Of a stretch of 50,907 nt of DNA, positions 12,269-27,118 are shown piece by piece; the stretch's first letter is position 1, and each line of letters begins with the position of its first letter. The notes below the pieces were generated by a model that was given only the letters and a program-made list of their open reading frames with translations, did no database searches and was not told the DNA's origin. A program made the position numbers and the translations under genes. The stretch comes from Trichoplax adhaerens (lineage: Eukaryota; Animalia; Placozoa), in NCBI RefSeq assembly GCF_000150275.1, contig NW_002060961.1:897153-948059 (forward strand). The letters are read 5' to 3'.

Positions 12269-15200
12269 AAGTAATTTCTGTAGATATAAACGTTTCGAAA
12301 ATCGATACCACGGATAAAACGACGCTGGGTGCGAATGTTATAGTTAGGTGCCAACCATTAATTTTTAGGCGGTGTTGATCCTCTCGATTGCTTTTATTTT
12401 TGAATATTTTAGACTCTATATTGAAGGATGCTTAAGACAGCTCTTGCATGAGTTATTAAAGGATGAAATAAGCTTAACATGGCGCCTAGACTATCAAAGT
12501 CTCCCGATAGGAATACAACAATGAGCGTTCATTTACCTTCAGGCAGGAAAGCATAAATTAGCATAAATTAACATAAACGCATTGAATATTCTACCTACTT
12601 GTTGTAGGTAGAATTTATGATATATCATTGGATCCAAATTGAATTGCTGACACAGTAACTGCTTGTAATAAATGCGTCTTACAATAACTATCTTAGTCAA
12701 ATGGTATTTTCTAAAAGGCTTTTATTGCAAGGTTTTAGGAATAGTAGAGCAATAATTGATTATGACAAGAATCGAGTCTAAAATGTAAAATATTCCGAGC
12801 TCAAAGCGAAGTGTAGTCTCTTCTTCTCGTGAGCTCATCTCTGCAGTTCTTATATACAGTCAGTTAAATCCATTGATGGCAACTTGATTCATCTACAATC
12901 AGACATAAGTCATCAAACAAAATACTTTTCTCTAATAACACATCATTATTTTCTACAGTTGAAATCATTGCACTTAAGATGTTATTACTCTTCTATGAAC
13001 GTCTAGCTCTTTCTCTGAAGGGCATCTTAACAACGACAGTGTTTCTAGCTACCTAACTCTTGTACCATAATGAGTCAACTGGCTACGATTAGTCATCAAC
13101 AATTTGTAATATAGTAGTTAGCAATCATCTAATATTACCTTCGCGATACTATCTATTCAAAGTAACCTAACTATATCAAATATAGCTATTCGTAGAATCA
13201 AATATGGGCGCATCGTTACACTGCTTATTATAGCATTTCGTTTAAGTAGACAGTAAATAAAATAATGAAAACATACGTGTGTATATCATCTAATATGGGT
13301 TATTTCAAGCCAGTAAAGTTCACTGTATGGCATTTTACTACCATAGTATTAGCGAATATGGAATTGTCTAGCAGAAATTTCCAATCTACAGGAGATATAA
13401 AAGACGAAATAAATAATGCGAATTCTGTTTATTGCAAATAAAAGAGGGAATTTATGAAGGTCGATAACTTGTAGTCATTGCAAGCTGTATATATAGATAA
13501 CTAAAAGACTTGAGTAATTATCCAGTCTCTGACTAGGGTCTCTAGTTAGTACTGCAAATGAATTCGATTTAAGCTTTATTCGACTAAATATCAACTCCCT
13601 TCGATCGACTAAATAATTGTGACTGAAAATTGTAGCGGGTACAATGGTTTCTTTACATGCAATAACATCAATCTATAACATAGATTGCAGGCAAACTCCA
13701 ATTTTTTATTTTTTTTATTTTTCATAAAATTTAGTCACCCGTTAGAACGGTTACTATTTGCCTTATTTTCAAATTTTTTTATAAGTCCTAAAAACTAGCT
13801 ACGGGTAAATTAGCTTTTATTGCATATTATTTAAAAAATCGACGTAGATCGGTGGGAGTATAGAATACGACTAGAAGTATCACTTCTTGTCATCTATTCC
13901 TCCATTTTCTATCTCTGTTAACATCTTTCCATCCTTCTCATATAGCTATGCTACCGTATTTACTTCAATATCATGAATATTTATCCTGAAATAGCAGGTC
14001 CGATACTTCTATATTGTCTAAATTTCAAGGCTAACATAAATTATAATATCTCATACTAATCACGTCTAGATTTATTCATGAACACAAATATGATAAAAAA
14101 ATGTCATATTCTCTGCTCTCTCTATAATTATATACAATCAGTTATCGCTACTACTTTTTCCATGATCGCTTCATTGTCAAAAATGAACAAGTTGACTCGA
14201 TAATTAATCTATGGAGGCAAAACGTATAGACGCCATCTTCAATCAGTAGTAACTAAAATATACACTAATTTTACATCACCTACTGCTTCTTCATACTAGT
14301 GCTTGCAAAGCATATAACTCTTGCAGTTTGAAATACTAAACAAGTTAATCATCGGCCGACTTCGAGGTAGACTACTATGTCTTCTATCACGGAATGAAAT
14401 AACCCTTTCCGGTCACGTTTCATAAAAGGTTTCATGTCGATAGATCCATTTTGGATTCTTTTTCTTTGAGATTATAATAGGATATCGCAAGTATTGGAGT
14501 CATGCTGTAAGCAAATACTGCGAGAGGATAAGTCAGATAACGGACAAAAGTTTATTTTACTGGTAGCAAACCTTTAAATAAGAGCGTAGGTATATGAACA
14601 GCAAATTAGTTATTTTGATGTTATTAGCTGCCAACAATTCCATTGCTGATACAATAATGTTGTGTATCTCTGTATTTCTTTCTTATGTTCTTTCTCTGTT
14701 TTTGCCGATATTAAAATAATCTTTAATTAACTGTCTAATCTAGTGGATTGGATTATTATCTTATTCATTCATTAGAAAAACTGAATGACGGTGGAGTTTT
14801 CTTCTTGTTGTTTCTGGTGTAAAAGCATTCGTTATTTAATGGTAGGCTCTTTACATAATAGCAACGTTAGCCACATGTCAAGATTTAATATTATCTTTTT
14901 CATTAGAGTAGTCAATAAAGGGAAATTATTGATCCCGTGAAATTTTGTGAAGCCACGGTTAAATAGTAATGGTAGCCAATTATATCTATATATGAAAGAC
15001 CGCAACATTGCTATACGAATAATTATTATAACTATGGTTTTCTGTCATAAAATATAAACAATTCGCAGCCTAATGAACAAAGTATAAAAGAAAAGAATGC
15101 TTATTAGGCAAGTTCTGCTCAAAGTGTGAAAGATCCTTATTGCTATACAGTTGTGATATAATTAATCAGGGATTTTCAAAGTTTATAAGAAATTAGAAAT

Positions 15201-16027
15201 TTATTAGATCTTTCGCACGAAGATGCTTTGCACGTCTCTACTCGAATTGGATGAAATTTATTTTAAATGATCAATAAATCTTCTACGTGCACAAATCCTT
15301 CAATTAAGTAAGATAGAAGCAAGCACCCATGGCACACCGGTATAGAATGAGGATACTAATCTACGATTCATGGTGAAAGCTATTCTTGAGGCCTACAGTT
15401 TTTTAATTTTTTTCAAAACTATTTATCCTCTATGTTTAAATTTGGCAATTGAGCTATATATTTTATTATTATTCTTCCTAAAAGCTTTAGTCTAAATGTT
15501 AATTAGTTTTTCGGGCTACTGTAGTCGGATCACTGATTTATTCATGCACGATAGCAATTTTAAATAATTGTAAAATATTCTTTCATCAGTCATAAAAAGC
15601 CCAAAATTTGTGAATTTTTTGTTATCAATAATGGTTCCTAATGTACAGGTCTTGTCTTTCTCTATCTTTTCTTTAATAACCACGATATTATGTATAATCA
15701 TTAAATATACTTAATGTAATATACTTTCCTTCGAAGTTTTATATCGAAATTTGATATGGTTGAACTTTAATCACTATTATTGTTAAAATTGAAAAATTCA
15801 TTTCTATACTTTATGAGAGAAAACACTAAATAATAACGTCGTTAATTGAAAAATTTTATTATCTCACCATAAGATCAATTCTATCTATCGTATTGGTATC
15901 ACTAGCAATAATTATTCTTGTCATTAGAGTAAATTTGTTTAGTCTATTCCAAATAACTTATCCATGGCAAAAGAAGGGGAAAAAATAGCCTTAAATCATA
16001 GGCAGGAATTACTTTAAAATTAAATGT

Positions 16028-19000
16028 TTACTTATTTCCATTGACTAATTGCGTTGCCATTTCGCGATATTGGCCAAAGAATTGTCGTAATTTATCAAGA
16101 TATATTTTAGCATCATTTTTAGGGTAGCTTTTAAATGTAGAACAAGAAATATTCAATTTATGAGGTTGAATATTATAACATATTCCAAAACCATGAAGGC
16201 ATGCTGGAGCAAAGTTTGAATTGGAAAGATCCGCTAGTGATACCTACAATTTCAATGGAATGGAACTTTTTAACAAATATTCAAGTCGATATAGACTACT
16301 CACCCAAGACATTTTTAATATCTTGGTTAGATAATAACTTTGTAGAAGAAATAGACGAAAAGTTACCTGACTAGTCGAAATTTCGTATTGGTTAAGCCTT
16401 TGAAAAGAAAAATCCTTAAAAAACTTCGGTTCTGGCAATCCTTTCTCCAATGCTGCTATCTTCAAGCCGAACAAATGTCTATCGAAGCCTTGGCCTATAA
16501 AGGCCTTTATATCAAACGATAATATTAGAGTTAGACTTCAATATTTCGGTTAAAATGATCTAAATTAAAATGCCATCAAATATTTAAATAAGTCCCAACT
16601 AACTTCTCTAGCCAGTTTATTATGAGCCTTTGTAGCTTCAACAAACGCCGCTAACTTTTCGCTATCCTAGTTATCATCAATTATACGATAAATCCTCAAA
16701 AATTCCTGCTTCGATTGCTTTTCAAATCAACTCATCTTGATGAAAATTACTGTAGCGATAAAACTTGATCAAACTTAGTATTTATTGTATCTATCCAACC
16801 GTTGCTTCAGAACTTGTCCAAATTTGGCATAATTCTTTGGATTTTGATGTTGCAGAACGAATATTTTCGGTTCTGCCATGGGCGAAAAGCCTTAAAGTAC
16901 AACTTTCGTATTGATTTGCAAATTCATTTTTTAGCCTGAATCGATTCAATATCTTCCGTTAAAAAAAAAGAACCACATATCCATGATCTAATTACTGTGT
17001 AGAACTATAGCTGCCAAATTTTACGTAGGATTCAAATTGAGGATAAATATATTTTTAGGATGACCAAATTACTATGCAAAATAGTGATTGTAAAATTTCA
17101 TAAAGGGTTCTAGTTGTGGATAAATTTATTTTTATAGATTGAATTTAGTTACCGTACTTACATGTAGTAAACCAATTGAAAAGCAGTTTGCAGAAAGCTA
17201 TCCGGGCTCATTTTTTGAGTTTTGATAAACTCTTTACCATATTCGCAGAATACTATACTCCGTGATAAAACGTTATCCACAGCTCTATATGTAATTAACG
17301 TTGAAAAAGTAACCTGAATTAGGTGATTAATTCACACTTGTAAATCAAATCTTGAACATGGCTAATTGCAATAAAGAGCATGTCAAACTTGTCGAAAACT
17401 TCTGCTGTTTCCCGTATATCCTTGACTATATCTTCAGACAGATTCCATTCGATTTTCTGAGGTGGCGGGACTTCATTTAGATATTCTTCAGATACTTCTT
17501 CATCAATTTTGAAATTGGAGCTATTGCGTTCATTTTGTAAATAACAGCAATGAAAGAAATAGACAAGTTAGCGACATCAATATCCATAACATAGAGAAGT
17601 TTAGCTCCAGCATGAACGTTAAATGAATTCATTTATTCAAGATCTAATTGGTAAATTAGGCTTGTATTTCATTTCCTGATAAGTTCTTATATTGAAATCA
17701 AAGGTGCATAAATTTAAATGTAGTCTGCTTGCATTTTCTATGTAGTTTAATGGCAGAGACAATCAATTGGCGATTATTATCTACTACATCTTACATTCCT
17801 TGGTCAAGGTAGATATTGCAATGAAATGTTGGCGCTCCATCCATGTAGCTATGCTCGCCTAACATACCATAATATCCATAGCCCCCAAGGTAATAGGTAA
17901 TCCCTTTATCATTCCATCGATTAGCAGCACTATATTTGGCGCCGAAGCCATGTAAGCCTGCTGCCGTACATAATGAATACTTTTCATCAAGATAGTCTGC
18001 ATGATCGGGGCCAACAGGAATCTCCGGTAAATTGCGTTCTAAGCTTAAAACTGAAATTCCACGAAGAATTGTCCGAATTGATTTCTTATTTTGTGGATCT
18101 AGTGGGTAAAATAACACATTAGTTTTCAAATCGGATGAAATTGGTTTATTAGCATAAGCAAAACGCACTTAATACCTTTGAGCAAAAGTTCATAAATATC
18201 AGCCCATTTTGCACGCTCTGCAGTTGTCAATATACCGATAGGTTCGGATTCTTCAGCAGACATTTCTATTAATCTTTTAACTTGCTTTCTCATTTCAGCG
18301 AACGAAATGAGTTTATCGTCTTTGATGGTTTCAACGGCGAAAAACTATTTCCCCATAAAATAATTCGATATTGAAAATTACTTTGTTTTAGCTCCTCGAT
18401 CTCATCAATTAAATAAGTATCGCAATACTATATCTATTAGTAACATCAAGAAGATTTTCTACACAAATATAATCCTTCGTGCAAGCAGGGTCAATATGTT
18501 GGTAAAAGTAAGTATGACATTCTTTTGCTATTAATTGCCTTAACAATATAAAACATATCTACTTGATCAAGCGAATGATAGCCTTAGGACAAAATTAGAT
18601 TGAGCCTTGAGCATTACCCGATTATTATGAGAAATGATAATGTGTTTAGAAATACTTTCATCTCCAACATTTTGAAATTCAAAATCATCCATATCTTGCT
18701 TAGGAATTCTTCCACCGGCATACATGTATAATTTTTGCATCATGCATAACGGCTTACCCGCAACAAGCTCTGGTTCCAAAGTTTCACTAGTACAGAAATA
18801 AAATGGCATGATCAACTTGATTATCTACATCATGGATATGTCTGACATTCTTAACCAAGCCGAGTAAGCTCGTTTTCTTACGTATAGATTTTCCAATAGT
18901 ACTCAGATATTTTCAGAGCGAATTTAGCGGCAAGGCTATTGGAGTATGAAAAGAAGCAGAAAAATAAAATTCTTCAAATTAAGTATTAAAAATAACTGTA

Positions 19001-20940
19001 GACAAAGTTAGCTATCTATAGCATTGATTATTCCTACGCTACTTTAGATAATATTTGCAAAGCTAATTTAGTCAGCATAACCGTTATCGTACCAGCAACT
19101 TACTCTATATATTCATCTTCCGTTGCAGCAGGCCCATAACCGATGACCATAGAACCAGAAGAATTAAAAATAATAGATTTTCTTTCCTTTAAGTAAACGT
19201 ACTTGGTCCACCAGTCGGTTAACTAGTGCAATTATAGACGCATTCCAACAAAAATATTAGACATGAATGACATTGACAGTTACTCTCTTAAATGTGTATC
19301 AATTAAAACTAATATCAAACTTCAAAATAAATAATTGCTTATCCGTTGATTTTAAGAAGCTGCTCTCAGATACAGTATATTAAATATTACGCGTATGTTC
19401 AAGATTCAAGAATGGACGAATGAAATTAATGGAATGCTTCATTGATGATAGGGCTTTGCCTAGAGAGTAGATTACTATCAAATTTTCAGACTCGAATAAA
19501 CTAGATATCATCATTCTTGTTCGAATCTGGAGTACTATAAAATCGACATAACTGGTTTACTGGTATTTAGCAATATGTATCAAGGCAAGATATGGACAAG
19601 ATGTCATATGCACTATCAAGAATAGAGAAATGAAATTGCTCTGATACTTTATGGAAAATAGCGCTTTCTAAACATGTCTATCGAGGTAAATTAATGACAA
19701 GGTGTTACCTCATAGAGAGGGGTAGTCAATACGAGTTATAAATATCTTCAATGGCCACATGCAATCTTTGCTAGTTAAAATAATAGTGTTGTCAGGGAAC
19801 GACCTTATGGGATATTTCAGTGATGATCTAAATATAAAGTATTGCTATTCGCTATATTTAATAGAACTAAATACCATTCGATAGGGGATAATATTAACTT
19901 GAAAGAATGGAGGAATAGAATAATCAAATTGACTGAATGTTTCGTTTAAGATCGCACTTTGCCTAGAGAGTAGGTAACTATGAAGATTCTAGGTTTGAAT
20001 AAGCTTGGCCATTTTATTTTTGTTCCAACCTGAAGCACTATAAAGTATGGCCATTAAGGTAAATTAACGACAAGATATTACCTCATAGAGAGGGTTAGTA
20101 AAAGCGAGTCATAAATATCTTCCATAAGCATACGAAATCTTTCTTCAGCTAAAATAAAAGCATCATCAGGAAATGATGGTATAGGATATTTCAGTGATGG
20201 TAAAAATGTAAAGTACTTCTACTCGATATATTTAGTAATGCAGCTAAATACCATATGATAGGGATAAAATGAATTTGAAATTATGTACACCATTTTAAAA
20301 TAAAAAGAATGTGGCGTATGGTAGAGTTATTCAACTCAATCAATTGCATTAAACATTGACATCATTCTGTAATACTGCTATGAAATATTACTAATTAAAC
20401 GAATTCCATTTACTGTAGACTTTTGCTAAATGTAAAGATTAATTGATGTCTACACGGCGTAATTACAGTAAAAATCAACCCAATACATTTAGTTTGAGTG
20501 GATGGAATATTCAATTTTAACTTGGAAACAACGACTTGTCTATTGCAAAATAAGAGTATCAACTATTTTTTGACTAACGCGTCCTAGAGGTTATTTATGT
20601 AAAATAATAGGTTTAAAGATCAAAGGTAATTTCTGCCAGTACTTCTATACTAGCATGGATTATATAGTACTGTAATAATCCACCATGCAATACTTATATC
20701 AATGCCGATATTCACCCAGTTCTCAGAAGATTTGAACTTTTCCAAAATATATTGCTGTATTTGCTCTGCAAGTCCATCTTGCTGAACAAATTCGCTGACT
20801 TCAGCTAGCGTTTTTGCATACTGCTCATCATCAACTAAAGGGCGAACAGCAGCCAGATATTTCTGGAAGGTATCCTGTAATTTTGGCACTGGAAGCTTTG
20901 GTAAACTGCTCTGGTAATGAAATGTGCTTAGAGATGCCAT
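16028..20940 (-). CDS. Carnitine/choline O-acyltransferase family enzyme (CRAT/CROT-like), 12 exons, 615 aa
   Basis: Exons 20716-20940, 19104-19222, 18882-18935, 18618-18786, 18176-18344, 17795-18098, 17389-17520, 17162-17284, 16800-16935, 16604-16666, 16367-16504 and 16028-16243 are all GT-AG and phase-consistent (1848 nt). Family motifs: LPKLPVPKL, NWLTDWW, NRWNDK, catalytic EHSYMDG, MSPDSF, YESCTLRLFAHGRTENIRS, GQGFDRHLFGL and the carnitine-binding STSQ. Confidence 0.93.
19454..20280. repeat. Diverged direct repeat inside acyltransferase intron 1
   Basis: ctttgcctagagagtag...aggtaaattaa..ttacctcatagagaggg...gatatttcagtgatg at 19454-19904 and 19957-20280. The second copy has an internal deletion. 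Confidence 0.85.
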
Positions 20941-21719
20941 GTCAGCCAAGTTTGTAAAATACTTTGTTTCTTGCAGTAGCGGTTAAATCAAGTTTTGGAA
21001 TTTAATTTTATGAAAATCCAAGCGAAATGTTACACGAGGAGAGAGAAATTTCCTGTTGTTATTCTTATGCCGTATGTAAGAATCACGTTATATGAGCATT
21101 ACTATCCAATCACTACCTTATTATAGTTACTGAGCAGTAGACAACTTCTACTAAAACTACTAAAGATCCTGCTATGATGGGATATTTTTTCACCTTTGAT
21201 CTCCGATTACTCAATAGATCAGCTTGATATGCCCCCTTACTAAGCGTATTTGCATATTAACAAAATTTTAGATCAATAACCTCATCATGACATTACGATA
21301 ACTTAATAGATAGTAAACAAGCTAATAAAATACATTTAATAGAAGAACACTAACACTATGCTCAGATTTGAATTATTCATCATAAAAGCATACGAGATAC
21401 AAATTTAGGAAATCGTATGATCGATTCTACTCTGCTAATCAGATGTGGTCTACATCATGAAAATTGACTAAGAAGAATGTAGCACCATATTTAAAATAAA
21501 ATTCCTATTTGTATTACTTTTAATGGCAAGGTGGATATTTAGTACATCGTGAGTCTAATTTTATACATCAAATATAGTCCATGCAATGGTAACCGAAATG
21601 CAATGATGTAAAAGGCAATCTAACAAAATTACGATGGAGTTTATACTTAAGAATTAAAATTTGCAGCGACTTTCTATTCAAATTTTTCTTGATTGCCGAC
21701 GAGATATTTACTAAATTCT

Positions 21720-22190
21720 AAGACAGAATTTGCTCATTAAATATAGACTTAGTCATGATATCTAAGTACAAAAAATGTATAGCATATCATGGCGAAATTA
21801 TGCTGGAGTTTAGAGCATCGTCAGATTCGAATTAACATTAATAGCAAGATAGGCACTCTCTATATTACCAGGTTTTATTCATTGAATGAAATCTTTGCGG
21901 CGATTATGCCATTGAATGGATTATATTAGGGTTCAGAACATTTTTAGACTTAAATTAGTCCTAGTAGCAAGATAGATAGCTATTAGCAATATCATGAGCT
22001 AGATTTACTCATTAAACCTAGTCTTTGCAGCGATAATATCATTAAATGGCAGTCATGGACTGTGGAAAATAGTTTAACAAATTTAGATACGAACTTATTA
22101 AAAAGATAACTTAGATTAGGCGGTCAATCATAAGCTTTTCTATATCAATTAGGCCTAATTTATCGAATGATAATTAAATGGTAGTCATAA
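21720..22190. repeat. Old, highly diverged tandem repeat of about 125-130 bp
   Basis: tagcaagatag at 21842 and 21965; tt(g/a)aatgg at 21912, 22042 and 22174; tctttgc at 21892 and 22022. Confidence 0.5.
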
Positions 22191-25100
22191 ATAAATGCGT
22201 AAAAAATGAGGTTAGCCGATGATTCAATAACTACAATATTATGATAACCCCAGCATATACCAACTTAAAAAAGCTTAGTAAATATTCTATGTAATCATGA
22301 TGTTTCATTAACCGAAATGTAGATATAAAAGTGTTTGCTTGGGGTCAAGATTTGCTCTATTTGAGTACACATTAATTTACATGAGCCTAACATTAGTAGA
22401 GAAGAAATAGACCGCAGAATCGCACCCAACTGTTATTATAGCTGGATGAGTCTGAGATTTTTCGCATTTCTTTCGCAACTATGTCAATCTAATCTACATA
22501 AATGGATGACAGTTATATTTATGTCCATTTTGTAACCATAATGAAAACAGCAAGGTCAAAGTCTCATTTTCCATTGAGAGAATGCTAACATTTCATGATC
22601 ATAGCAGTTAATATGGCCCCAAATTCTGTACACCAACAAATAGTATACAAAATATTGAATGCATCATACCGTATTGTACATTAAATTGAATTTAACAGGT
22701 ATGGCCCTTGTAATAATATAGTGAGTAATTATGATAAAAGAGTTTAAAAAAATTTAGGCTAGATCTAGTCCTAATAGTAATATAGAAGCTTAATCAGTCG
22801 CAAGCCAGATTCTAATAACCAAATTGAGTGAGATTCTATTGATAAATAGTGGAAAACAAGGCTGCTAGATTTGAAATGAACGTGGATATTTAATGAAAAA
22901 GGATAATTAACAGATCGTAAGCCGGACTATGTTAACTGGATCTAGCTTATGCAGCCATTAACAATAATGTAAAACAAATTCACAATTTGCTTTAAGTGCA
23001 CCCTGTTGTAGATAGTGTTAGATATTAACTATAATATATCTTACATGAGCTATAAAATAGAGCATTAAGTGTATGATTAGGAGGTTATCTATATAATTAT
23101 TTTCAATAGGATGACTATATTGTAGTCTTGTAACAATGTATATGATTATATTGTAAGGTGAACTGATAATTTACTATAGATAACCATATGTTATAAAGTA
23201 AACGATAGCTAGAATAGTTAGTAATTAGATGTATGTCTTCAATGCCACGACGCATAAAGGTAGTAGGTATAAGCTGGAATATCTATAAATACCCGGTAAT
23301 TTTAATAGTAAAGCCAGTTACAAATCTTACTCGCGGAATAGAACTCATTGCGTAAAAATATAACGCATCCTGCGCTACATAATAGTCATCAAGTCTAGTC
23401 GATGTAATGGCGTAAACGATTTACAAAGCCATACAAGTGCAACTAGCAATGTTAGAGATGATACAATCACAGAACACTGCTATTAATTCGCCTAGCTTTA
23501 GTTCTTTCCCATCAATCTCCAGGGTATATTAATATCATTTCACTCTAAATCAATTAGGTTTATTATTCTTCATGCTGTTATTTATTATACTATTAAAATA
23601 ATAAGTTCAAAGTTCTACTTCCTATCTAAGGATGCACTCATTTTTAATAATTATAGCGCTAACGCTGTTTTCTCTAATTGTGCAAAGATGACATCAAAAT
23701 AAGTTGGATTTAGTTATTGTAAAACTATAAAATAATGTGGACTTTTTCGTTCTAAAACGAATCTCTAAAGATCTTTTATCTATATGCTTATACTTATAGT
23801 TAAATGCTTGCAGACTACGATTTTCTATTTCTTATCATTTATTCCAATCATGAAATGATTACACTACCATATACTATCAGTGTTAAAAAACAGCGTAATC
23901 GAATATAAATTACAAACATAGAAAAACAGAATTACTAATTGATAACATGTATTCACTTGTAAACATATTTTTCTCAATAGTTTGAATGACTACCGGCAGG
24001 GGATGCCTAAGTAGTATTTAGGGTCATCGTTCCGGCTAAATTTCTATAAAAATAAACATTCCTCTCTACTATTTTTTAAATCGGGATATTTCTAAAGGGA
24101 ATAATTTTAAATATTTTTTCAACATTAACGATTATCAGCAAGCTATGATGGTGATAATTTACTGATCTTGTTTATAATAGACTAAATTATAAAAATAAGA
24201 AATGAAGAGTAAAATAATGATTTCATTGGCGAAAATTGTTGATGAGACGGTAAGAGAAATATTATAATATATTGACTATTATACTCATGTTTTACATCTT
24301 TACTCTAAACTTGTTTCTATAATTGTTATTTTTCGGCCTGTATACCAGTTACATCATTACTGGCAAGAGACTAATTACATATATTTAATTAATTATGCGT
24401 AATATTGATCACCAGACCACAAGAGATGTATTAATATATTGAATTTTTGCACATTGAACATAAAATACTGTTTATTTTTCGATTCTACTAAACTTGGCAA
24501 GGATCTTATAAATTTTCTACCTCACAATTTCCAACTGTTAGAGGAGTTTGAACTTTATTCCACATAATTTTATGCTTTTCAATGCACTAATATATACTGT
24601 TCATACATGCTTAAGTGATGAAATAGATTAAAAATTTTCAATCGCGGCAAATCAGAGATTTATTAATAGATGTAGGCTTTATTGAATTATAAGGGATAAT
24701 ATTCAATAGACGCTTTGAATACATGCATGATGGAACTAACTAAGTAAGGATCGTATAAAGCTTCAAACAGGCATTTTATTTACCACCTCTATAAATTGAA
24801 GACTAGGAAACAAAAGCACTAACCTTATAATAGCGTTTTTTTTAATTGATTACATTGTTATAACATTTCATTACTAATACTGTCTCCGAGGCTTTTAATG
24901 ACAGCTTTCTTGGTTACATGTAATGCTGATTCATTTTAGCCCTGCTGGGAACATTTTATGGTTAAAACAAAAATATCAGAAAAAACTGAATTATTATTAG
25001 CAGGCTTAAGAAGTGATATGTTACCGTAATATATGTTCTGAAGGATATGAAATACAGATCTTATTGATTACGTAAGAATATAATTGATCTCACCTAGCAA

Positions 25101-25530
25101 ATAATATCATAAAATATTTAGGCGTTGATAGTAAAATTTCTATTTAAAGTCAATGCGCCGTTGAATTTTAAAATATTGCTCAAAGGATGAGAGATTAATA
25201 AATCATTTAATCATATGTAAACATGTACTTTACTGGTGATTTTATAGATGAAACTAGATTAGTGAAAGATGGTATAAAGCAATTTACTACTCGCCCAACG
25301 TGATCAAGTAGACAGAATAAAAATTGACATAATGTAAAAGTACACCTTCATATCGTGCTATACTAAACTTCCGAAACTCTGAAATACTAGATGCACATTT
25401 AAGGCCTAATCTACCTAACTTAAACTTAATATTTTAAATTGTCAGTCATGCTTCATTAATGCGCAATCGACGTGGAATATATGATTATCAATATCATTTG
25501 CAACTGTTGTCTCATTATTATGGCAACAAA

Positions 25531-25826
25531 CTAGAGTAAAACGCATACAGTAGAGCGATAATTTTTACCGTGACCTGGATTACCAATTTTGATAGCAATG
25601 TCATCTCTTGCTATTTGCCTAAGAGCTCGTTGTAATTGATAATGACTAACATCTGGGTAATTTTGTTTATACCAAATATTAAGAAAGTCCATGGTTTGAT
25701 GAAATGCTTGATTAGGGTTTTCATTTTTGATCTTATCAATATCGATGTTACTGTCTAACTTGACCGCCAATTTTGTCCAATCAGTACCAATAGAACTTGC
25801 AATGGGATCAAAGTAGTCCCTGACCT
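25531..25826 (-). CDS. Terminal exon encoding a death domain followed by a C-terminal CaaX box (CVLL)
   Basis: Acceptor tacag|AG at 25826 (phase 1). Translates VRDYFDPIASSIGTDWTKLAVKLDSNIDIDKIKNENPNQAFHQTMDFLNIWYKQ...LQRALRQIARDDIAIKI...STVCVLL*. The IG.DW..LA..L, L..W and L..AL..I.R.D patterns are the death-domain signature. Confidence 0.85.
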
Positions 25827-27118
25827 CTGTAGTATTAATAATCAGATCAAATTTTAAATTTTAAAACTAGTTTTATTGTTGCTTAATACCTGGTTCTTAT
25901 AATAGAATAGTAAAACATGAAATCTACATCGATTTTGTGTTAAGATGCCAAGGATTATCGAATGGTACAGAACGAATAGGTTATGATGTTATCTATAATA
26001 AATCCTTGCTATAGTTAGCACCTATAATTGCCGTATATACCGGTTGTAGTCATTTGCAATAATGTAATTATATTGAATTAATCTCAGTATTAATACGCTA
26101 TAGGATTAGCGATTATCCTCGGGATTTGCTGTAGCAACTGCTAGTGTACATAAACATTATATAAGAATTATAGGTAATTATTTAGCATAACTAATTAGGT
26201 ACGGATTCACTAATTAATAGTAATTACTAATTTGCTGCTGTTATCGGTTGTATTCAATTTTATTCGAATTCTGACCTTTCACTTTTACGACTCAAAGGAT
26301 CTGAAACTAGCAAATTAAAATACTTTACTGCATGACATGAGTGAACTTGTAAACTTGTTTATTATTAAATAAAACATATATACGCTATGGTATTCACTCT
26401 ATCTTGCATGAATACTAGAAATTATATTATCTTGTTTTAAAGATTATAGTGTAAAAATTATCAAAACAATTCCCCAAAAATGTGTAGCCTGGCAGTTTTT
26501 AATTAATATGCTATGTTTACGATTTTCGCTTATTATTTCTAAATTCAATAGGATTTCTGTTTTTCTTATTTTTTTTGGAGGTTGGTTGTTAGCCTAACGC
26601 AGCACAGTCAGGTGAATAATTACTATAGTGTGCTTGCTAGTATTAAGATTAAATGAAGAAGTTGTCATTCTTTTATGGAAAAATTCAAACAATTTCTATC
26701 CGATTAACCTCTCATCCCATCGGTAATTCGATAATTGAACTTTATCAGAATAATTGCAGTGGGTAAAAAATGATGGACGTCTTTAAGAACAACATCGAAT
26801 ACCTTAAAAATATCAATTTTGCTATGCGTCTTATTTGCTCTAAGTTTATCTACTTATTCTCTACCATATAATACGTGCATATCTAAACTAGTAAAGACAG
26901 AAAAAGCTAAAAATCATCCGAAAGAAAACCTGGTAATTTAAAGTTGTACTTATTCGTGTATCTTTCACTATTGGAATTTAAACAATCCGACTTATAATAT
27001 AGACTAAATTTAAAGGTAGCGATATTTCGAACAGTCAAACTAGGCAATTGATGAAAATCTACGCTAAGATGGAGAATGGTAGCAGTTTACTAATTACTAA
27101 AACAAGATTAAAAATGTT

